From Rhizaria sp. SCN 62-66 (taxonomy: Eukaryota), in contig MEDY01000441.1 of NCBI GenBank assembly GCA_001724265.1, forward strand, positions 1 to 47,565: a DNA stretch of 47,565 bases, read 5' to 3'. Each line of letters begins with the position of its first letter. Positions within the stretch are counted from its first letter, which is position 1. A model generated the notes under the pieces. The model did not search any database. It saw only the letters and a list, made by a program, of their open reading frames with translations, and had not been told where the DNA came from. Position numbers and translations under genes: made by a program. Positions 9,715-20,457 of the stretch are shown here, in pieces.

Positions 9715-12700
9715 ATGAGCGCCGGCATGGGGGGCGCGAGCCCGCGTTTGGGCTCCATGTCCCTTGGCTCCGGCGCCGCAATCCTCGGTGGCGGCCTTGG
9801 CCTCAGCCCTGGCGGCGTCCGCGGTAGTGTTATCAAGGGCGCTACAGCAGGTGGGCAGACGCCGGGCAGCAGCAACACCCCCACTCAAACTAGTCGCTCC
9901 CTCGGTGGCGGTGGCCTGGGCATGGGCGGCGGCCTTGGCATGGGCGGTGGTCTGGGTATGGGCATGGGCGGCGGCGGCCTCGGGGGCCTCGGTGGCCCTC
10001 GGCAGTCCATCATGAGTCCCAGCGGCTCTCGCCTGACCGTCGGCCCTTCACCTCTCGTCTCCGGCGCCGGTGTCTCCGGTCTCGCAGCCGGCGCCGGGGG
10101 CAACAGGAGTCTCGGCGGCGGCGGCGGTGCTAGTATCGGCGGCGGCGGCGGCACCGGGGGGCTCAGTCTAACGCTCGGGCACAGCGTTGGCGGCAGCAGC
10201 CTCCGCCCCGCTAGCAGCATCAACGCCACGAGCAATGGCGGTAACATCGCTATCGGCGGCAACGGCGGGAACAGTGGTGATATCGAAGAAGGCGCGGCGA
10301 TGACCGTGCTGATGGACGCTGTCCTCCGCAAAGAGCTCAAGCTCGTCAAGTGGCTCTTGCGGCACGGCCAGGCCAACGCCAACCAGCGCGACGAGTTCGG
10401 CCTCTCGGCGACTCACTACGCGTGCCGGATGAACCACTTACCCGAGCTGAGGTACTTACACCGCTCCGGTGGCGCGGACCTCGAGCTCCGAGACGGCGCA
10501 GGCATGACTCCTTTGCTCACCGCCGTCGCTGCGGGCGCCAAGGACTGCGTCCTGTACCTCATCAAAGAGGCGTTCTGCAACCTGTTGGCCACGGACGACT
10601 GCGGGCGGAACGCGCTCATGCGGTGCGCGATGGCCGGCCAGCTCGCGATGGCCCAATGGCTCGTCGAAGAGGCCGGATTCCGACAATTCGTCAACACGCC
10701 CGCGCAGGCCGCGTTTACCGCGCCGGTGCCCGCGCCGCCGCCGCCGCCGCCCGTGGCGCTGCCGCTCGTTGCCGGCGCCGCGCCTATCGACGCCGCGCGC
10801 GTGTTGGCTGAGGACGCCGCCGCAGAAGCTGCCGCGGCCGCAGCGGCGGCGGCGGCGGCGGCGGGCGCGGGCGCGGCATCGCCTGCGGGCCGGACGCGCG
10901 GCAGCGTCGCCATGATGCCCGGGCTTGCGCGCGGCGGCTCCGTGCTCCCCGGAACGCCCGGTACTCCTGGAGGAACGCATCGGGCGTTGACGCTATCCCG
11001 CGCTGGCACGCTCAACGCCGGCGTGACGCCCGTGCTCGAGCTGCGGCGCATCGACACCGGCGGCAGCACTGGCGGCAGCAGCATGGCGCTGTCGCTGTCC
11101 ACGTCCGCGTCCTCGGTCGCCGGGCCCGGCGGCGTGACCGTGACAGCGGGCGGGATGACGCCGGACGCGGGCATGCGGCGGCGCGGGCGCAGGACGGCGC
11201 GCGCGCTCGCGGCGGCGTTTAGTGCAGATACGCCCACCCACGCCGCCGCCGGTGAGAATGCTGAGAGAGACGAGCACAAAGGAGGCGACGGCGCAACAAC
11301 GCACCAACATGGAGATAAGCAGAGAAGCGCAGGTGCGGTTGAAGATGATGACGAGGACGACGACGAGGACGACGCAGACGCTGACGCCGCCTTCTACGCC
11401 GCCGCCGCCTCGGTTGCCGGCGGCAAGAGCGTCAACAACAGCAGTGTCGGCGCTGCGGGTGATCAACACCAACAGCAGCAGCAGGAGCAAGAGCAAGTCC
11501 TGGCGGTGTTCCCGGCGGGCTGCACCGCGCTCATGATGGCCGCCGTTGCCGGCCAACTGCCTGTCGTCAAGTGGCTCGTCCGCCGCGCGGGGGCCGACGC
11601 GCGCGCCGTCAACGAGCGCGGGCATGCCGCGTGGCGCATGGCCGCGGCGGCGATGCAGTACCGTGTCTTCGAGTGGCTCTTCTGCGTCGGCGGCGCCTCG
11701 CTCGAAGAAGAGGATAAACTCGCGCTCACACTGCTGGTGCAGGCCGCCAAAGAGGGTCGCACGGAGCTTGTCGCGCAGCTCATCGCCGCCGGCTCCGACT
11801 TGGACGCGCAAGATCAGACCGGGAAGACGGCGCTCATGTGGGCCGCGCTCGGTGGGTTCGCGCCCATCGGCGAGGCGCTGCTCGACGCCGGCGCGCGGCT
11901 CGACCTGGAGGACAACGATGGTCGCGATGCGCAGATGCTCGCCGTCGCGGCGTCGCAGTGGGCGATGGTGCGCAAGCTCGAGGACCGCGCTGAGGAAGAA
12001 GCGCGCGCCGCTGAGGAGGCTGCCGCGCGCGCCGCCGGCCGCGCCGCCGCGGCGGAGGATGTCGCCGAGGAAGAGACGGTGGACTGGAACGCTGTGATGC
12101 AAGCCGCGCAGAATGATGACGTGGACGTCGTGCGGTACGCCGCTGCGCACGGGATCCCGCTGCACAGGCTGGACAAGTCGGGCCGCTCTTTTCTGCAACA
12201 CGTTGCGCTCAACGGCCGTCTTGACCAGGTGCGCGTTCTTGTTGAGCTGGGCCAGCTCAACGTCAAAACCAAGCAGACCAAGGCGTTCCGGCTGCACGCG
12301 CGCGGCACAAAGGGCCTCAACGCGATGCAAATGGCGCTGTCGAAGAAGTGGTTCGAAACGTTTTCTTACTTATTCTTGCACCACGCGTTACTGCACGACG
12401 CGCGCCCAGTGGACCGCGCGGTAGCACGCGTACGCGATGTGTTCCCGCAGTTTGACCGCGACTCGGTCGACGCGTTTCTATCCCTCGCAGGCGAGCACGT
12501 GGCGCCGGCGCAGAACCCCGTGGTGATGTGTCTCCGGCTGGCGTGGTTGTGCGTGGCTACGGGCGAGGCGGACCGCATCCACCGTCACGTGTACTCGGAA
12601 GAAGCCGATAAGTACACCGCGCGCGCGCTGGCGCTGTTCCGTGCCGTGCCGTACCAGGCGCTGCACTCATGGGTGCTGGAAGAGCCAGACGCGCTCAACC

Positions 12701-15700
12701 ACACCGTTATGCAGGTCGCCGTCGAGTCAAACAACCGGCGCTTCCTGGCCGATCCCGCCGTGGATAAGGCGGTGTCGCTGTGGTGGGCCCGTGCGGACCT
12801 GCCGCCGCCGTCGATCCGCACGCCGCTTTTGTGGCTGGCGCGCCCGGCGTTCAAGTCGGGCATGGAGCAGCTCGCGCTGCTGCTGCGTGTCGTCATCTTC
12901 ACGGGGTTTTTGCTCGACAGCGTCAACGTCGGCTCGGCAGGGATGACGCCTATGGAAGTGTTGTGCTACGTATTCACTGTCGGACAGATGCTTCCGCCGC
13001 GCGCGCCGAGTACCAAGCGTGTCAACATCTCCTCCAAGCCTGTCAACACGCACGCGCAGCTTGCCTCAGCCGCCGCCGTCACCGCCGCCGCCGCTTCCGC
13101 AGCCGGCGTCGTCGGCGGCATTGCCAGTGTCGGCGCGGGCACGGGGGCCGCGGCGGTGCAGCAGAACCAGAGCGGCGAACTCGCACTTGTGGCCGGCGCC
13201 AGCAAGCACTCGTTCGAGATGAGCAAAGACGCCGCGGCGACGTTCTTTGGCCGCGCGGGCAGCGGCGGCGGCGGCAGCGGCGGCAGCAGCGTTGGCAGCG
13301 ACGTGTCCGTTGTCAACGTGCCGCTCAGTGAAGAAGCCGAGGCCATCGCCGCTTTGTTACCGCCGCCGCCGCTGCTCGCGCAGTCGTCGATTATGCCCCA
13401 GCAGTCGTCGCCGCTGCAGCCGTCCGGTTTGCTCACCGAACGCTCGCTGCTCCCGCAGTCGTCTCTGCTGTCGCAGCGCTCGCTCAGCGGCGCTGGCTCG
13501 GCCTCGCTGTTGGTCGCGGGCGGCTCCGCGGTCGACGACCTCGCCGCTGCTCACGGTCGCTCGCGGCACGGCGCGCACGACACGGGCGCGGCGGCGCTGC
13601 TGGCGCGCGCGGCGGCGGCGGCGCAAGTGCATGACGCCGCCGTGCTCGCCGCCGCGCAGGCCGGGGCGCTGGGCAACGCGTCGACGACGGGCGCTGGCGA
13701 CGGGGCCGCGGGGGGCGCGCACAGCGGTGCGGGACACAACTTTGACGACTTGCGGACCGAGGAAGAGGAGCGCGCGCTGAAGGAGTGGCGTGCACGGCGG
13801 AACAAGCAGCTGTCGCGATGGGAGCTCATGGTGCAGCATCTGACCGCGGACGGGTGGGCGTTCACGGACTTTATCATCGCGGTGCTGATCTCGCTTATCC
13901 TTATTCTCCGCATTATTTACGTACGTTGCTCTCTATTCATATTTTGCGTGTTTTCGGGTGTCTCTATTATGTGTTTCTTGTACCTCTGCTCATCTTCGTT
14001 TGTTTAATCGCTCTTCGTCATTGTTTGTGATTTCGTTTTTTGTCCGTAGCTCGGTGATGATATGGCTCCGTTGGCAGCGCGTGTGTTGTTCAACACGTGT
14101 ATGGCTCTGTTGACGCTATTATTTTACTCGCGCCTGCTGCAAATCTTCGTTTCCTGGGAGTCCGTCGGTCCAATGCTTATTATGATCCGCGAAATGACCA
14201 CAGACGTAAAGCATTTTGCCATCTTCATCATCCTGTCCACGTTCGCCTTTTTCCTCGTCGTGTGGTTTCTCTCGCACTCAGTTGAAGCCACCGGAGACGG
14301 CGGGCATCTCAGTGAAATGAGCAACCTCGGCGAAGTCTTCGTCGTCATCTGGGCGCTCTGGTGGTACGTAAACACATGACGCCTTTCAGAGAAACATTGA
14401 GTCAGTAATAGAAATCCCGGGATTTCTATTACTGACTATTGACATGTTCTGTCATAATGCTCACTATTGAGTGTATGTTTGTTTAACGACATCAAACCGA
14501 TACTCACTCATTTTCTTCCACTCATTTCATGTATCCGAATTGTTTTTACCCCATCTCTAAAGGGGTAACTTCCCGTTCGAGTCGTCATTTAACGCGACCA
14601 ACTCCGTGAGCGTCCTCCTCGTCATTGTCGGCGTGCTTGCATCTTTCGTGCTGTCCATCTTCCTCGCCAACCTGCTCATCGGCATCATGTCTAACACGCT
14701 GTCCGACGTCTCCGACAACGCGCGCACCGAGTTTGCCTCCCATCTCGTGAGGCGGCGGTGGGTCTTGGACCAGGCCGCGCTGGAGCTGCCGGCGCCGCTG
14801 AATCTTGTCCATCTGGGGCTGCTGCAGATTGTGCGCGCACTGCGGGCCTGTGGGTTCCGCCTCTTTGAGGTGCCGCAGCCCACTGCGCTCGACGCCAAGA
14901 GCGCCAAGAACAACAACACCACCAACACCGGCGGCGGCGGCAACAAACGCAGCAAGGCCAAGCGTTCTGGTGACCGCAACAAAGGCGACGGTGGAGGCGA
15001 TGACGACGACGGTGACGACGGCGGCGAGGCTGAGGCGGACGCCGCCAAAACAGCGCGCGCCGCCGCCGCCGCGCAGGCCGCACGGCGCTCGCTCATCACC
15101 GTCTCCGCCGCAGCAGCAGCTGCAACGGTGCATGATAACGACAACGGCGGCGATGCCGTCGCGAGCGCGCTGCTGGGCCCGGGTGGCGGCGGCGCGCTGA
15201 TGGTGCTCAGTGACGCGACCGCGCACGCAAACGCGCCCGCGGGGTCGTCGGAGGCCGAGGCCGAGGCCCGGCGCGCTGTTGAGGTGGCCGAGGCGGAGCT
15301 GCGACGGTCCAAGGAGGCCGCGGCAGCGCGCAAGCGGCGGCGGCGACTGCTGGTGTGCGCGTACTGCCACTACCCGTGGACCAACGGCGCCTTCTCAATT
15401 ACGCGGCCCGCCAGCGACGTCGAGCTGCGCTTCCCAACGGCCGTGCTGTACGAGATGAACCAGCAGGAGGCCGGGCGCCGCCTGTGCCGGTACTGTCTGC
15501 GTGCGCAGCGCGTGCTGTCGGAGCGCCAGTACGTCTCCGAGCGGCTCGCAATGCAGATGCTTGTGGTGCTCATCTACCCTTTTGCGGTGCTTGCTTGGGC
15601 GCTTGCACTGCTGCCAGGCGGGAAACTGCTCCGGGCGCTGCGCAGGCGCAAAGCCAAGCGTGAGGACGGTGCAGAGGAATCCGTACGTCGCTGTCACGCT

Positions 15701-15944
15701 ATGATGTACTTTGTGTGAATCAAATCTTGCCATGTCATATCTAATCATATTGCTGTGCATTGTATCGTCTTTTAGCGATACTTAATTTCTCAGTCTTGCA
15801 TTCTTTTATTTTGATTTTGTGTGTCAACAGATGTACTACGCGATTGTCGACAGGACACCGTATTCGTACACGTTCTTCGACGACGCTGCGCAGGCCGCAG
15901 CGCAGGCCAGTGCTGAAGACGGCTCCGGCAGTGACTCTGACTGA
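9715..15944 (+). CDS. Ankyrin-repeat TRP-like cation channel; 4 exons, join(9715..13920, 14050..14363, 14563..15682, 15831..15944), 1917 aa
   Basis: Several ankyrin clusters (GMTPLLTAVAAG, GKTALMWAALGG). S4-S5 RLLQIFVSWESVGPMLIMIREMTTDV, pore WALWWGNF and S6 FLANLLIGIMSNT. Three GTACGT...AG introns (13921-14049, 14364-14562, 15683-15830) keep the frame. TGA at 15942-15944. Confidence 0.85.
14400..14437. repeat. Perfect 38-bp palindrome in TRP intron 2, flanked by ATTG direct repeats
   Basis: AGTCAGTAATAGAAATCCC|GGGATTTCTATTACTGACT, with ATTG at 14396-14399 and 14438-14441. Confidence 0.9.
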
Positions 15945-17339
15945 GAAACGATTGCCAGAGAGTAAACGAGTGATGATTTATTTCTTGGCTTGGCTTGACT
16001 TCCTTGTCTGTTGAGTAATGCGGACGCACTCGTCTATCACTCCGCCGTCTGTCTTAATGTGAAACAAAACTTGAAGTATTTAGAAAATGATTACTTAAAT
16101 TACCCTATCCTTGTACTATTGGTTTGGAAGATGAAGATTTTTTATTCTAAATCAGTCTGAATACACACTCTCGACGCGTATTAACGTATGCAATCACTGT
16201 ATCGTGTATGCACTGCTCTGTTACAGTCGCGAGAACACATCGCTGACATAAAAAATTGTTGATTATGAACGCTCGTTTGTTAAAACTATTTATTTTTTGC
16301 GGAACCAGCTGCCAGCTTGTGGCACATTGCGCTGTGTTCACACGCACTTTGTAAGATGACCACAAAAGCCTGCCAAATGTGTTAACCGGAAGAGTGTATG
16401 TGCAAAGTAAGAAAAAAACAAAAAAACAAATAAGGTATCGGGCAGCGCGTGATAAAAGGAGTATGTGGGCAGAGCGGCTGTTCGCCAACGTGAATGTGAA
16501 AGTTATGAATTGAATCGAGGTAATTGTTCATGTTATCAAGAAAAGGTGTTCATGCACCCTTAGCCGTCGTCTGCTTACACACATTGATCAACGCTGGAAG
16601 ATTCGTCGAAACATGCTGGATGTCTCCTGTGATCTTAACGTTCTTGTTAGTTGATGCCACTCGAGGATCGACCCACACCAACTCGGTGGTGTTGCGGTTG
16701 TTGTTGCCGTGATCATTTGATTTAGATAGACGACGAACCATTAGTCTTGGAACGGTTGATTTTGGGGTAGTGGACTGTGTTTTGCGTCCAATGCTGGTAG
16801 AGACGCCTTGTTTCGAGCTGCCTGGAAGTCAACGCACCCTCGAACACGTACGCTTGGGTCGCAAGACTGAATGGGGTTGCCGTTCGTTGGCGTGACAGCT
16901 AACCTGTCGAAAATGAGATTAAAAAAGAAATAATTCTTTGAATGGAGCGATGATAGGCCGATTGTGCCAGAAGACGACTTTATATTGTCTCCGCCCAGAA
17001 GTTGTCTGCAGTGTCTGAGAGTACCGACTTTCCAGCAGTGTGTCGCAACAAACTTGTACAAAACTGGAGCCAATGCAAAAAATAAAAATCATCTTCAAAC
17101 ACGTGTGACATGTTGAAAAGACTGGATTACGTTTGCATGCAGATTCAGTATCGATGTACCGGGTTGTACCTTAAAATGTGACAAAAAGGCACATCGAAAC
17201 ATCGTTTGTGGTGGGAACGGATCGATGGCTGATGACTAATCAAGTTACATCGCGGTACGACGATCCACTTCTTCAATAGAGACATCGACTTTTCAACCGG
17301 ATATACAATAGGTATTTGAACAATTTGTCGTAATTCGAC

Positions 17340-18892
17340 ATGGGATTTGTTGAAAACCGTCCCGCCCGGGTCAAATATGAATCCCGCAGTAAAGGGTACG
17401 TTATGCTTATCTTCTCATGATAGTCAATATCTGTTATATCTCACGCCAGACCTGTTTCTAAGAAGAAACACCCACATTTTCATTAACTATGTGTTCTTTA
17501 CTACAGCCTATACCTAATCGTTGCAGCTCTCCTTGGCGTTGCAGCGCTGGTTTTCTTCTTCAATGACAACTCACATTTTCACTTATGTGTTCTTACTACA
17601 GCCTGTACCTAATCGTTGCAGCCCTCCTGGGCGTTGCAGCGCTGATTTTCTTCTTCAATGATACTCTCACGACGCTTTAGTGCTCTAAAGAGGCTGGGCC
17701 GCTTGCGATATCTGACGTGTGCATGATGACGAGCCAGTCCCTCGCGGGCTCTTTTGCGCTCCTGCGCGCGTTCATGTCCACCAAGGCTGAGCTCGTGCTC
17801 CCGATCCCGCTGATTGAGTCTGTTCGCTCGGTCCGCATCGTCGAGCCGCAGAGCGAGGGCGACGACATTATCACTTACGCCGTGCGCATCACCGTCGACG
17901 CCGCGGCCGCCGCGCAGGCGCTAGCCCGCGCCGCGCGCAACGAGCCCCACTCGGCACTGCCCGCGGGCGCGGAAGCGACGCTCGCGGCGCTGGGATCGGG
18001 CACGTATGATTATGTTACGCTGAGTGAGTCAAACGCGCGCGAAGCCAGTGCGCTTGCGCTGCGGCTGCACGCGTTCATAATCAACGCGCGCGGCGGAGAA
18101 CAGCGCGCCGTGGCCGTCCAGGACCTGCGCGACAACGGCATCTGGGACGAGCTGGCGCTGCTGGCGCTGGTGTCTGCAGCCACGGCGCTGGCGGTGTTTG
18201 TGCCCGTCCGCTCCGTGTTCATCCTCGACGCGCGCGTGGGCTCGGTGCAGGCCGTGGAGACGTCGATCATCGGCCGCTTCTGCTCCAACGAGGTGTTCCC
18301 GCTGTCGAAGCTGCAGCGGTTCGACGAGCATGTCAAGCGGCAGCAGGACTCGGACGGCGGCAACGACTGGTACGAGTACTATCCCGTCGCCCTCATCAGC
18401 AGCAACAGCAGTAATGGGGCGGATGAAGTTGTGCGTGTGAGCATCAGCAACTCGGCGAACCGCGCAGACGTGGCCGCCGTGCTCGATACGCTCTCAGCAT
18501 GGCTCCGCGTCCACCGCATCAACGCCGCTGACGCCGCCGCCAGCGCGAGCGCGAGCGCGAGCGCGAGCGCCAACTCGATCATCCATGCAGGCTCCGGCTC
18601 CGGCTCGAGTGTTGGTGAGAGTGCGAGTGTGGGGGAGATGCAGCCGCTGTTGGCCGCGGACGCACGCGACAGCGGCGCGGGCGCCAGCGCAAGCGCCGTT
18701 GGCACCCAAGGGAACAACGGCAACGGGACCGGCAGCAAGGTTTGCGTTGTCTGCATGGACGAGCGGCGACCGGTGAGGACCGTGTTTCTGCCCTGCAAGC
18801 ACTTGGCATGCTGCGAGGTGTGCGCGAGCGTGCTCGATAAGTGCCCGCTGTGCCGCCGGCCTGTGGAGCAAACCATGGCCGTCTTCACGTGA
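17340..18892 (+). CDS. Membrane protein with two TM plus beta-rich modules and a C-terminal C3HC4 RING finger (probable E3 ligase); join(17340..17395, 17602..18892) with an in-frame TAG at 17678-17680
   Basis: RING: CVVCMDERRPVRTVFLPCKHLACCEVCASVLDKCPLCRR. Exon 1 (MGFVENRPARVKYESRSKG) ends at a GTACGT donor (17396) in phase 2, matching the ACTACAG acceptor at 17601. Exon 2 reads LYLIVAALLGVAALIFFFNDTLTTL*CSKEAGP... in frame with ORF 17717..18892. TGA stop. Confidence 0.78.
17473..17666 (+). repeat. Imperfect tandem duplication of about 95-99 bp covering the intron 3' end and start of exon 2 of the RING gene
   Basis: Copy 1 is 17473-17571 and copy 2 is 17572-~17666. Both read CACATTTTCA...TATGTGTTCTT(T)ACTACAGCCTRTACCTAATCGTTGCAGC...TTCTTCTTCAATGA. 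Confidence 0.92.
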
Positions 18893-19256
18893 TACACAGC
18901 TCGAACACAGCGCAATGCGCAAGCAACAAACAAAGCACGATGCTGCACAGTGCAATGCAGCCACGCAATTGAGTTTGTACTTGTTGACGTCACTAACGCT
19001 CCTACTAGACAACCCGCTACTGATGTAAATTTGTTAAATAGTTTTCAGTTTATTTGAGTTTATATCGGGTCATGGGACTACAGCACTTAAATCGTATTAA
19101 TAACATACATTGACGTGATCAATTCGAAATTATGGCACGATAACTTTGTGTAAATAAATAAAACAGAGTTTATTGACAGAAAATTTGTTCATATCATGAA
19201 CACATCATAAACAAACGTGATAAAACAACATAAATTGCACATTTCGTCACACAGCG

Positions 19257-20381
19257 TTACGTGCAGTAGTTCTCAATGATGACGATGGCATCAAGCAAGC
19301 GCGCGCCCATGATGGCGTTGCTGGCCACACTCGCCGTGGGCGCCGCAGCCACGCCCGCGCCCGCGCCCGCGCCGCCGACGACGACGCCGCGCACCTTCGA
19401 GTGGCTGCTGCGGCGGGTGCCCGCGAGCGTCGCGAACGCGGCCGCCGACACGGGTGTCGCCAGCTTGTTGTTGTTGCCCGCGCCCGCGCTGAGTGCGCCC
19501 GCGGCGGCGGACCGATGGGGCTTGGCGGGCGTCTCGCTCTCGCCGTCGACCGTGAGCCGCGGCGCCGCCTCCGAGTCCGATTCGGCCCCGTCGTGCGCGC
19601 CGACGCCGACAGTGCTGCCAGTGCTAGCGCCACCGCCGGTGACGGTCTTGCGCGAGCGCGCGCGGCCAGATCGGTCAGGCTCGTTGTCGCTGCCGTCGCT
19701 GTCGCCGTCGTCGCTGGCTTCGTCGGCCGAGGACAGGTAAGGATCGTCCGCGAACTCGAGCTCGAGTTCCCCCGCCAGTGCGCCCGTCTCGGGATCGTCT
19801 TGCTCGCGCGCACACGGGCGCATGGCCGAGAGGTACTGCAGCGCGATCGCCGTCGACGTCACGACATATCCCATCTTGCCGGCCGTGTCGTCGGCCGGCA
19901 AGTAGTCGCCGATAAGCCGCAGCTGCGCGGCGAGCTGCGGTGTTTGCGCGCGCGACACCATGTAGCAGATTATCGGCAGCAGGTCGTCCGCGGCAATCAC
20001 GAGCCGCTTCTCACGTTCGCGTTCACGTCCGCCGCCGCCGCCGCCGGAGGCGGAGGGCCCCATGCGGGACACAGACCGTGCAGAGGGACGGCCGCCAGCG
20101 GTCTGCGCAGTGGAAGAGCCCCCCGCACGTTGCTGTTGCTGCGGTTGCTGATGTGGCGACTGCGGGTTCGAGGGCGTGGTGCAGTAGTCCTGGCGCTCGT
20201 ACTCGTCGTTGCGCGCGAGCATGCGTGCCAGCGTTTCCAGGTCCGCCTCAGAGCTCGCCTGCGAGAGCGCGGCAATGACGTCGGGTGGCAGCCGCGACAG
20301 CACGCGCGGCGGCGGCGACGCGCCCACTGACGTCACGGCCCACGCTTGCGGTGGGGCGGGCGTCGCCGGCGCCTGGTGTTG

Positions 20382-20457
<76 letters not shown>

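Noticed and set aside
17396-17680. TAG at 17678-17680 as the real splice acceptor of the RING gene intron
   Set aside because: Joining phase-2 exon 1 there shifts the frame and hits TGA within about 15 codons. It would also drop the TM helix.
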